This document shows positions 1-14,867 of a stretch of DNA of 64,000 nt, in pieces. The stretch is from Eledone cirrhosa (taxonomy: Eukaryota). Every line of letters begins with the position of its first letter. Position 1 is the first letter of the stretch. The stretch spans positions 233,120,001 through 233,184,000 of the forward strand of contig OZ024743.1 in the NCBI GenBank assembly GCA_964016885.1, given 5' to 3'. The position numbers and the translations under genes are program-made. A model generated the notes under the pieces. That model had not been told where the DNA came from. It ran no database searches and saw only the letters and a list, made by a program, of their open reading frames with translations.

Positions 1-6
1 ACATAC

Positions 7-45
<39 letters not shown>

Positions 46-156
46 CATACACATATATATACATATATATATATATATATACATACATATACATATATAT
101 ATACATATATATATACATACATATATACATATATATATATATACATATACATATAC

Positions 157-191
<35 letters not shown>

Positions 192-688
192 CATATATAC
201 ATACATATACATATATATACATACATATACATATATATACATACATATACATACATATACATATATATACATATACATACATATACATATATATACATAT
301 ACATACATATACATATATATATACATATACATATACATATACATACATATACATATATATACATATACATACATATACATATACATACATATACATATAC
401 ATATACATACATATACATATATATATATACATACATATACATATACATACATATACATATATATATATACATACATATACATATATATATATACATACAT
501 ATACATATATATATATACATACATATACATATATATATATACATACATATACATATATACATACATATACATATATATATATATACATACATATACATAT
601 ATATATATACATACATATACATATATATATATACATACATATACATATATATATATACATACATATACATATATATATATACATACAT

Positions 689-721
<33 letters not shown>

Positions 722-915
722 TACATATACATATATATATATACATACATATACATATATACATACATATACATATATATATACATATACATATACATAC
801 ACATATATATATATACATACATATACATATATACATATACATATATACATATACATATATATATACATACTTGTACATATATACATATATACATACATAC
901 ATACATATATATACT
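1..915. repeat. (TA)n/(TACA)n compound microsatellite
   Basis: Sequence is almost entirely TA with interspersed CA. Confidence 0.97.
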
Positions 916-916
916 T

Positions 917-3155
917 AGAAATATTATTGAACAGTATAGCAAGAAGCATAATAGAATAGAGGCCCAGCAACTGGGAGAAGAATCTGCAAATGGCTTGCGT
1001 AAGCTCATGCAGCGCTCGCGTAATGGAGAGATAGCATGCTTTCCAACAGACAAGTCTGGCAGAATGTCGGTTGACAGCCTGCCAAACTACATCCAGGCAA
1101 TGCAACCCCACATCACTAACACAAGAGAGGTAACACCACAGGAGCATGAGGATAGAGAAAAAACCCTCAATGCCCATATGGTGATGTGGACAAATATAAT
1201 GCAGCCCAACAAAAGGACTGCCAACAACTTCCAGGCCTGGAACAATGACGTGCCGGCGTTGTATGGGCTTCGTAAAGACCATAAAACGGGCTGGGACCCT
1301 GTCGCGGGACCACCAACACGGCCAGTCTGTGGGGCTAACATTGCTAGTAACTACAGACTGTCCTACTTCCTCTCCCTGATCATACGCCCCATCATTGAGA
1401 TGTCCCCAGATGTGTGTGACAGCACGGAGGACCTCCTCAGCAGAATCGGCGCGGGTAACCGATCTGGGGACCTAACAAACTGCATAATAGGCAGTATGGA
1501 TGTTGTGTCCCTGTATCCATCTATTGACGTGGATTTTGCTGTAGAGAAATGCGTCGAAATGATCAGCGAGAGCAAGGTTGAGTTCCGTGGGATTGATACC
1601 AGTGAGCTGGGACTTCTACTTAAGCTTACCCATAGTAATAGTTACCTAGACACTTATGACCTTAGCAACCTGTGCCCTACAAGACCAGCAAGAGGCAGAC
1701 CACCTACCATTACCTCAATGGCCAAGAAAACCCACACAGATAGATGGAACGGGTGGACCAGAGCCATACGGACACCCGAAAACCATGATGAACTGAAGAA
1801 AATGATTGCACATGCGGTAGGGGCCAGCATAAAACTAACCCTTAAGGAACATATGTTCAAATTTAATGGTAAAACATATGCCCAAGAGGAAGGAGCAGCC
1901 ATTGGTGTTAGCATTGCAGGCGACATAGCTAACTTATTCATGGTATGGTGGGACAGTAGACTTAAACAAAAACTTAATGAACAATTAGAAGACAGCTTAA
2001 CCCTGATAATGTACTCCCGCTACGTAGATGATATAAACATCGTAGTTAAGACACCCCCACTAAAGAACAGTCAGGAACTAGAGAAAAACACAATGGAAAG
2101 CATCCAGCAAATAGCAAACTCCATCCACCAGAGCATTAGAGTTACTATAGACTACCCAAGTAGACACCCCAACCATCGATTACCTGTACTAGACACAGAG
2201 CTCTGGTTAGATACTATTAACAACCAAAAACAAATCCTCCATTCCCATTATGCCAAACCCATGACTTCCAAACATCTGATCCACCGAAACTCGGCCATTT
2301 CGGACCATACCAAAATCAACATACTGATTGCGGATTTGGTACGGGTGATGAGAAATGTGTCCCGCATGTGCAACCCCGAAGAACTAGAGAGACACATACA
2401 ACACTTCATCCACCGTATGCAGTTCTCTGGCTACAATCAGAGAGATAGAATCAGAGTGTATAAAGGAGCCAGAACCAAATGGGAAAAAATGGTAAATAAT
2501 GACATAAATGGGACCTGCCCCTTGTATAGGAGCAAATTTTGGAATAGAATAGAAAGAACTAAGAACAAGGCCAATAGAATAAACTCATGGTATGATAGCA
2601 ATAAATACCAGAGTGTAATGTTCATCAATACAACCCCTAGAGGCGAACTAACTAGCCTACAAATTTAGAAGGGCCCTAAAGAAACATAATCTCAATATTA
2701 AGATAGTAGAAAGACCTGGTACCTCCGTAAAAACACTTATTAGCAAGACATACCCGTTCCAAAGACCCTCATGTATAGATAAGAAATGTATAACCTGTAA
2801 AATAAGCCCCCATATTAACTGTAAAACTAGAAATGTAGTATATAGCATAAGATGTACTGAAGGACAATGTAGAAACAAAAATGTAGTGTACATAGGTGAG
2901 ACAGCTCGTAGTATAGGGGAACGAATAAATGAACACTGGCGAGACCTCCAAGATAGTAAAGAATCATCTGTGCTCTACCAACATGCTAAGATAGAACACA
3001 GGGGTAAATTAGAGAGCATAGAAATAAAAATAGAATCCACACACAAGAAAGACGCAATGTTTAGGCAAATTACAGAGGCAGTAAGCATAAAAGAATTAAA
3101 ACCAAAATTAAATAGAAAATATGAGTGGAACAGCAACATCACAACTTACAATTAA
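917..3155 (+). pseudogene. PLE RT-GIY-YIG polyprotein with one frameshift near 2648-2654
   Basis: ORF 995-2668 (frame open from 917) joins ORF 2886-3155 if the duplicated ACTA in GAACTAACTAGCC is removed, giving ..[50 protein letters not shown]. Confidence 0.85.
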
Positions 3156-3460
3156 GGACAAAATGAAAACACACACACACATAGAACAAACAACTTACAA
3201 TTGAAAACACACACAAAATGAAAACACACACAAGACAAAATGAAAACACACACACACATAGAACAAACAACCAACCAACAATAAATAAATAAATAAACAA
3301 ACAAATAGAAAAATATAAATAGAAAAATAGAAAAATGAACACAAACACACACAGACACCCGGATGTGGCGCATGCGCAAACTGAGCACGCAACCCACACA
3401 CAAACAAAATGGCGTAGGATAGAAGAAAGGAAAGGCACAGAAACGAAGAAAGAAATCCCC

Positions 3461-3505
3461 AGTCACTGAAGATGTCACAGAGTGTGTGACGAAAGAACTA
3501 TGACT
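3461..3505 (+). ncRNA. Minimal type I hammerhead ribozyme (PLE pLTR)
   Basis: AGTCA-CTGAAGA-T-GTCAC/AGAGTGT/GTGAC-GAAA-GAAC-TA-TGACT: stem I AGTCA/TGACT, CUGANGA core, 5-bp stem II, GAAA, very short stem III, CUA cleavage triplet. Confidence 0.85.
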
Positions 3506-3662
3506 ATATATATATAAACAACTACCTGGTTGTGGAACCAACCAACCAACCAGAAATTTATAAATTTGTAAATTTATAAATATTTAATAAATTAAATTGA
3601 AGTGAAAGCAACTGGTGCGTGTGTTTCTTATTGGCAACATGACCCTCCCAAAGTATAACAAT

Positions 3663-7031
<3,369 letters not shown>

Positions 7032-7434
7032 GGTGGCTGCCAACTCGTTTTCGAGTACGACCACTACTTTATATCGATGTAGGAGAACCGCTACCTATGC
7101 GCTGAACGAGTGTGACTTTTTAGTCCAGCCAGCGACTTGAAAACTCTGGTACAAACACTACACTTGTGACAATTATTGACACATAGTGCTGGGCCCATGT
7201 TACCATGTGACGACAAGTGCAGAGAGATCTCCAGATATAAAGCAATGCCTGTGCCGTGAAGCTTTTATAGTGAGCAAAGGCACTGCACAAAGCCAGTCCC
7301 ACTCTCTTAACCAAGATGATATTTACCAAAAAGAAGAACAAGTCAACATCATTGGATACCATCAGGGTTGCAGGTGTTATATCAGAGTTTTCCTTCTCCT
7401 AGAATTCTGCCTTGACAAAGGCTAAGGGGTCATC

Positions 7435-7548
7435 ATATATATGTATATATATATACATATATACATATATACATACATATATGTATATATATACATATAT
7501 ATATATATAGATACATACATATATATACATACATATATACATACATAC

Positions 7549-7580
<32 letters not shown>

Positions 7581-7666
7581 GTATATATATACATATATAT
7601 ATATAGATACATACATATATATACATACATATATACATACATACATATATACATATATATACATAC

Positions 7667-7701
<35 letters not shown>

Positions 7702-7907
7702 CATACATATATATATATATATATACATACATATATATATATATATATACATACATATATATATATAGATACATACATATATATATGTATATATATACAT
7801 ATATATATATATAGATACATACATATATATATGTATATATATACATATATATATATATATATAGATACATACATATATATATGTATATATATACATATAT
7901 ATATATG

Positions 7908-7941
<34 letters not shown>

Positions 7942-8197
7942 GATACATACATATATATATATATGTATATATATACATATATATATATATAGATACATAT
8001 ATATATATATAGATACATACATATATATACATACATATATACATATATATACATACATATATATATATATACATACATACATATATGTATATATATACAT
8101 ATATATATACACATATATATATATATACATACATATATATATATACATACATATATATATATACATACATATATATATATACATACATACATATATG
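7435..8197. repeat. (TA/CA/GA) microsatellite
   Basis: Direct inspection. Confidence 0.95.
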
Positions 8198-10923
8198 TAT
8201 AATTAGTAGTTGGGCTCTCTAGGCCACCCCAAACGCCTGTACCATGCTTCAAGGAATGCCTCAACAGCATAAAGTGTTTCATCCAAGAGTGTCACCCTGA
8301 CAACATCTGAATGATGGGGGACTTCAACCTCCCCGGAGTTGACTGGTCCACAAACAGCCTGCCACCAGGTTCTTCTGCCTCAACCTCTGACAGGGAAGCT
8401 GTGGAATCGCTTCTTGACTTCATGGATGATTTCTTCCTATCCCAACTGGTGCTCGAACCAACGAGGTGCCACAAAAACGTCCTAGACTTAATTTTCAGCA
8501 ATCACACTGACAATATCCACAATATTGCAGTGGAGAAAACTCTACTCTCTGATCATGACATGGTTCTCTGTGATCTGAGATTCCACCGTCCAATATACAA
8601 ACCCAATGTCATCTCTCCTGTCCATCCGTTTGACGCTATGGATTTCCACAATGCAAACTGGGAAGCGATCAGTCATGATCTTGCACATGTCGACTGGTCC
8701 TTCACGCACACTCATACACCCACTAACATCAAAAAGTCCTGGCAGACATTTGTGGACACTGTTACAAACATATGTGCTAAACACACCCCATTAAGAACTA
8801 TAAACAAATCTAAGAGCAGAATCCCTAGAAATAGAAAAACGCTCATCAGAAAAATTAAGAGAACGAACAAAAAAATCAACAAGCTGAAATACTGTCAGCA
8901 GCAACACATCAACTTGACTGCCATTTCATCACTAGAGATTAAAAAACATAACCTCCAAAACAACATAATGTCCCTCATCAACAATCAGAGAAGAGCTGAA
9001 GAGGCATGGGCCATTGAGAAGATCAAACTCAATCCCAAAGTGTTCTTTTCATTTGCAAAAAAACACAAAATCACTGGCTCTACTGTTGGCCCTCTAATTG
9101 ATGAAAATGGCACTCTTCAAGACAATGCTAAAACCATGGGTGAGATACTGCAGAAACAATACTGCTCTGTTTTCAGCAATCCTGATATGGCCGATCTGGG
9201 CTGTATCGGCGATGTTACTCCCCATTACACCTTATCGGACATAACGTTTGGCGCCCCTGATGTCTTGGCGGCAATAAAGGAAATCAAGCATAATTCAGCA
9301 GTAGGTCCCGATAGGTTCCCTGCTTGTGTCTTGAAGGCGTGTCAACACCAACTTGCATCTCCTCTTGCCAATCTGTGGCGGAACTCACTGGATGCTGGAT
9401 ATGTGCCAGAAAACCTTCTATCCCAGTCTGTTGTCCCAGTTTTCAAAAAGGGAAACAAATCCCTTGCCGTGAATTACCGTCCAATCTCACTCACCTCTCA
9501 TATCATTAAGGTATTTGAGAGAGTGGTGAGATCGCGAATGACCCACTTCCTTGAGAGTAACAATATGCTGAACTCCAACCAGCATGGATTCCGTAATGGA
9601 AGGAATTGCCTGACGCAGCTACTGCATCACTTTGATGACATTTTGAGAGCCTTGGGAGAGGGTTCCAACACTGATGTTATCTACCTTGATTTCAGCAAGG
9701 CCTTTGACAGGGTTGATCATAACATTCTACTGAGAAAGCTGTCCAATATTGGTGTCACTGGAAAGCTGCTGCAGTGGATCAAGAGCTTCCTGTCAAACAG
9801 AACCCAACATGTTGTAGTTGAGGGAGTCAAATCAAGCCCAGCCAAAGTCAGTAGTGGGGTCCCACAAGGCACTGTGTTGGGCCCACTTCTCTTCATCATC
9901 TATATTAATGACATCACTGACATCATCAAACACAGCAACATTAAAATTTTCGCTGATGATTCCAAGCTCCAAAAGGTCATCAATGGCGTGGATGACCGGA
10001 TAAGCCTTCAGTCAGACCTACTGGCTGTTACCCAATGGGCAGAAAAGAACAACATGTTACTGAACGAAGACAAATTCGAACTGATCCACTTTGGAAAAGA
10101 GGATGCTCTGAAACTCCCGTACTCCCTTCCCTCCGGGGAAACTCTCGTGGCATCTAACAACATCAGAGACTTGGGAGTAACCGTGGACAGCAACATAAGC
10201 TGGACCACGCATATAAGCAGCAAAGTTGACATGGCCCGCAGAATGTGTTCCTGGATCCTCAGAACCTTCCAGTCGAGAGATTCCCGCACCATTATCCTTC
10301 TCTTCTCTACTTTCGCCCGACCACACCTTGAATACTGTTGTCCACTGTGGTCTCCCCACACGAAACAAAGTATCATGAAACTTGAAGCTCCTCAAAGGGC
10401 AATCACGAAAAAGATAGATGGCATGTCAGACCTTGACTACTGGGGTCGATTAGAAAACCTGAAACTTTACTCACTCCAACGTCGCCGTGAGCGTTATATT
10501 ATCTGCATGATGTGGAAAATGTTCCATCATCACTGCCCAAATGATGTTGGCATCGCCTTCAAGATACACCCAAGGCTTGGGCCCCGTGCTATCCGTCCCA
10601 TTCAAAAATCTAAATCGCAACTCATAACAACAATACGGCACAATTATTTCACCTCAATCGGCCCTGCTCTCTTCAACATCACACCAGGACACGTCAAAAC
10701 AGAAACTGACCACACAAAATTCAAGAAGTCTTTGGACAAATTCCTCCAAGTAATCCCGGACAAACCACCCACACCCGGATATGTCTCCGCAAACAGTAAT
10801 TCTCTTCTCGAATGGGCCATGGTGCCCAAATCCTGAATTGAAAGACTTCGCCAGGTGGTGCTATTAAGTTAGACATGGCCTGGGCCAATACTGGCCAAAA
10901 CATTTCAAAGTTATTCAAAGTTA
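8198..10923 (+). mobile_element. CR1/L2-group LINE, 5'-truncated within the APE endonuclease
   Basis: APE tail ([19 protein letters not shown]) and RT ([41 protein letters not shown]); 3' tail TTCAAAGTTATTCAAAGTTA; TA tracts on both sides. Confidence 0.93.
8311..10836 (+). CDS. LINE ORF2 fragment (APE C-terminal part + reverse transcriptase), 841 aa uninterrupted
   Basis: ORF track; the in-frame upstream APE sequence is interrupted by TGA at 8308-8310. Confidence 0.85.
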   Translation: MMGDFNLPGVDWSTNSLPPGSSASTSDREAVESLLDFMDDFFLSQLVLEPTRCHKNVLDLIFSNHTDNIHNIAVEKTLLSDHDMVLCDLRFHRPIYKPNVISPVHPFDAMDFHNANWEAISHDLAHVDWSFTHTHTPTNIKKSWQTFVDTVTNICAKHTPLRTINKSKSRIPRNRKTLIRKIKRTNKKINKLKYCQQQHINLTAISSLEIKKHNLQNNIMSLINNQRRAEEAWAIEKIKLNPKVFFSFAKKHKITGSTVGPLIDENGTLQDNAKTMGEILQKQYCSVFSNPDMADLGCIGDVTPHYTLSDITFGAPDVLAAIKEIKHNSAVGPDRFPACVLKACQHQLASPLANLWRNSLDAGYVPENLLSQSVVPVFKKGNKSLAVNYRPISLTSHIIKVFERVVRSRMTHFLESNNMLNSNQHGFRNGRNCLTQLLHHFDDILRALGEGSNTDVIYLDFSKAFDRVDHNILLRKLSNIGVTGKLLQWIKSFLSNRTQHVVVEGVKSSPAKVSSGVPQGTVLGPLLFIIYINDITDIIKHSNIKIFADDSKLQKVINGVDDRISLQSDLLAVTQWAEKNNMLLNEDKFELIHFGKEDALKLPYSLPSGETLVASNNIRDLGVTVDSNISWTTHISSKVDMARRMCSWILRTFQSRDSRTIILLFSTFARPHLEYCCPLWSPHTKQSIMKLEAPQRAITKKIDGMSDLDYWGRLENLKLYSLQRRRERYIICMMWKMFHHHCPNDVGIAFKIHPRLGPRAIRPIQKSKSQLITTIRHNYFTSIGPALFNITPGHVKTETDHTKFKKSLDKFLQVIPDKPPTPGYVSANSNSLLEWAMVPKS

Positions 10924-11129
10924 CATATATATATACATACATATATATATATATATACATATATATACATATATATATACATATATATATATACATATAT
11001 ATATATACATATATATATATACATATATATATATACATATATATATATACATATATATATATACATATATATATACACATATATATATACATATACATAT
11101 ATATATACATATACATATATATATACATA

Positions 11130-11503
11130 TATTGTTATACTTTGGGAGGGTCATGTTGCCAATAAGAAACACACGCACCAGTTGCTTTCACTTCAATTTA
11201 ATTTATTATATATTTATAAATTTACAAATTTATAAATTTCTGGTTGGTTGGTTGGTTCCACAACCAGATAGTTGTTTATATATATATATAGTCATAGTTC
11301 TTTCGTCACACACTCTGTGACCTCTTCAGTGACTGGGGATTTCTTTCTTCTATCCTACGCCATTTTGTTTGTGTGTGAATTGAAGTGAAAGCAACTGGTG
11401 CGTGTGTTTCTTATTGGCAACATGACCCTCCCAAAGTATAACAATATCGGTTCCAACACACGATTTCAGATAAAGAATCTTGCTAAACAAATTCAGAAAC
11501 GAC
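11130..11503. mobile_element. PLE pLTR insert: inverted copy (11130-11377) plus forward copy (11378-11503), same family as 916-3662
   Basis: 11130-11377 is the reverse complement of about 3395-3663 with a small deletion; 11378-11446 repeats about 3596-3663 and continues into a probable ORF start [27 protein letters not shown]. Confidence 0.85.
11290..11334 (-). ncRNA. Minimal type I hammerhead ribozyme (second copy)
   Basis: Reverse complement reads AGTCA CTGAAGA G GTCAC AGAGTGT GTGAC GAAA GAAC TA TGACT. Confidence 0.85.
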
Positions 11504-12600
<1,097 letters not shown>

Positions 12601-13008
12601 TGTGTAGATAGATAGCTAGCTTCTTTCTGACACTCAAAGAATTCCTCAACCACGACATACTTTCTACTACAGACCAGCTTGTCACTGGTTCCAATCATTA
12701 ATGAATCCAGTTAACTGTAAAGGGGCAGTATGTTCCCCCACCTTTTTCTATACACTGTTCACTTCCCTGACAGTTGTACATTATTCTATGTAGTTACCTC
12801 CCTTTATGATCTGAGTTCAAATCCCGCCGAGGTTAACTTTGCCTTTCATCCTTGCGGGGGTCGATAAAATAAAGTACCAGTAATGCACTGGGATAATTGC
12901 TGGCCTGGTGCTAAAAGTAGAAACAATTATTCTATGTACTATACACCTTTGATGAGTTGTAGTGCACCTGAGCACTGTACATAACAATTTCATTATTATT
13001 ATATATAA

Positions 13009-13192
13009 GGGCGGTGGATTGGCAGTATCGGTAAAGGGTCGGTCGCCATGCTTTCCAGCATAGTTACGTCCCTTTATGATCTGAGTTCAAATCCCGCCGA
13101 GGTTGACTTTGCCTTTCATCCTTACGGGGTCGATAAAATAAAGTACCAGTAATACACTGGGTAATTGCTGGCCTTGTGCCTAAAGTAGAAAC

Positions 13193-13197
<5 letters not shown>
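13009..13197 (+). mobile_element. tRNA-derived SINE with Deu/Nin-like core; partial copy at about 12800-12930
   Basis: A box GTGGATTGGCAGTATCGG, B box GAGTTCAAATCC, core GCCTTTCATCCTTACGGGGTCGATAAAATAAAGTACCAG. Other copies at about 20930-21150(-), 28600-28820(-), 29510-29730(-), 34695-34880(-), 48470-48600(+), 50388-50580(+). Confidence 0.8.
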
Positions 13198-13221
<24 letters not shown>

Positions 13222-13227
<6 letters not shown>

Positions 13228-13416
13228 AACCAGTAAGACCCCGACAGCTGAGCTCAAGCCGTTTCGACGGCTAATTCTGGACTGAATTAGCCGTCGAAAC
13301 GGCTTGAGCTCAGCTGTCGGGGTCTTACTGGTTCCTATTACCCACTCTACTACCTCAAGTATTGAGTACTTTGGTGCGTTATGGTCCACCTGGTTCCTTA
13401 CCACATTTCCTTCGTT
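13222..13416 (+). mobile_element. (TA)n-embedded fold-back insert with a perfect ~55-bp hairpin (probable PLE pLTR derivative)
   Basis: 13222-13277 is the perfect reverse complement of 13284-13338 (loop TGGACT); followed by TTGAGTACTT at 13362. Confidence 0.7.
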
Positions 13417-13564
13417 ATATATATATATATATATATGTAGGAGGTGAGTTTTATTGTAGTACAATAAAGCAATGCAGATATCGGATAAGAAGCACTCTAC
13501 AGTTTGTAGGACTGGAGTATACATAATATACAAGAACAAAAGATGGTTAAATGAGTTCCATGTA

Positions 13565-13631
13565 TTTTATTATGCGCATTTCAAAAACAAATATCATCAT
13601 GCAATAATATTTGTGTTTTCATCAGATAAAA
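13565..13631 (-). ncRNA. Type I hammerhead ribozyme, palindromic stem III
   Basis: Reverse complement of the 14729-14795 motif. Confidence 0.8.
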
Positions 13632-13997
13632 CAGGAAGACATGATATGAAGGTTAAAAATCACTTGTGGATAGTGCAGTTTTAAATCAACATATGAAAAG
13701 TAGTTTTAGATTGATGTGTGATATTGGGAAAAATCTTTATTTTGAGGAGGGGGGGGTGGAAAGGATGAAAAAGAGAAGGAGATGAGAGTAAAAAGTGGAG
13801 AGGGAGGAGTATAATGAGGAAGGATGAGATAGGAGGAGAGATGGGTGATAGAGAGAGAGAGAGATAGCTTTTATAACTGAGAAATATATATTGTTTTACA
13901 TAGAGAGGTTGAAAACCGTTGGAAGATAATGTATAAATTAAAAGAATTTGAAAATTAACGAAGAGAAAAATAATGTAAAGTTAAGGTTTGTATATTG

Positions 13998-14165
13998 AGG
14001 GGTTTAATAATATGTGCGATGAAAAGAAAATGTTAATATGTATTAAGAATAATATTTAAGGGTTTAATAACATGTGCGATGAAAAGAAAATGTTAATATG
14101 TATTAAGAATAATATTTAAGGGTTTAATAACATGTGCGATGGAAAGAAAATGTTGATATGTATTA
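13998..14165. repeat. ~60-bp tandem repeat x3
   Basis: GGGTTTAATAA(C/T)ATGTGCGATG(A/G)AAAGAAAATGTT(A/G)ATATGTATTA.. repeated three times. Confidence 0.85.
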
Positions 14166-14728
14166 TTAAAAAGAATAACAGGTAATTTAAAGTAAGGATA
14201 TATTGTGGGATGAGCATGAATGAGTTAGATGAAAGGGAGAAAAAAATAATGAATTGAGGATGAATAATCTAACGTCAAAAAAATATTTGTTTACGAAGGA
14301 TTTTTACAAGGTGATATAGAGTAAGAATGTATTGTATTATGTAATAATTGATTCTATGTTAGGCAACAGTGAGAAAAGGTACAGATTAGGGGTTAGACAT
14401 TAAAAGAAAAAGAGAAGAAAGGGAAGTGATAAATAGGAGCGATATATAGTATGAGTAACAAGTATTATAGAATGTATAATAACCTTTGAAATAATATGTA
14501 AAACAATATATCTTTCTCAGTTATAAAAGCTATCTCTCTCTCTCTATCACCCATCTCTCCTCCTATCTCATCCTTCCTCATTATACTCCTCCCTCTCCAC
14601 TTTTTACCCCCCCCTCAAAATAAATATTTTTCCCAATATCACACATCAATCTAAAACTACTTTTCATATGTTGATTTAAAACTGCACTATCCACAAGTGA
14701 TTTTTAACCTTCATATCATGTCTTCCTG

Positions 14729-14795
14729 TTTTATCTGATGAAAACACAAATATTATTGCATGATGATATTTGTTTTTGAAATGCGCATAATAAAA
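14729..14795 (+). ncRNA. Type I hammerhead ribozyme, palindromic stem III
   Basis: TTTTAT-CTGATGA-AAACACAAATATT..ATATTTGTTTTT-GAAA-TGCGCA-TA-ATAAAA; stem I TTTTAT/ATAAAA; stem III palindrome ATGCGCAT. Confidence 0.82.
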
Positions 14796-14827
14796 TACAT
14801 GGAACTCTTTTAACCATCTTTTGTTCT

Positions 14828-14864
<37 letters not shown>

Positions 14865-14867
<3 letters not shown>

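Larger units (their letters stand above)
916..3662 (+). mobile_element. Penelope-like retroelement (RT + GIY-YIG endonuclease + pLTR), 5'-truncated, inserted in (TA)n
   Basis: RT motifs [48 protein letters not shown]; downstream Cys-rich linker and VVYSIRC..YIGETARSIGERINEH; hammerhead in the 3' region. Confidence 0.92.
13437..14836 (-). mobile_element. (TA)n-embedded PLE-derived insert with ~340-380-bp inverted repeat and two hammerheads
   Basis: About 13521-13902 is inverted at about 14496-14836; each arm contains a hammerhead; TAGAGTGCTT motif at 13490-13499 (minus). Confidence 0.75.

Noticed and set aside
917-3155. Selenocysteine-recoded or programmed-frameshift PLE ORF
   Set aside because: No in-frame TGA in the frame, and the shift is explained by a 4-bp duplication.
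13009-13100. tRNA gene (also 38833-38900 and 60022-60090)
   Set aside because: The A/B boxes belong to SINE heads; no full cloverleaf, and SINE core sequence follows.
13998-14165. Possible CRISPR-like array
   Set aside because: Contiguous 60-bp tandem duplication without unique spacers or cas genes.
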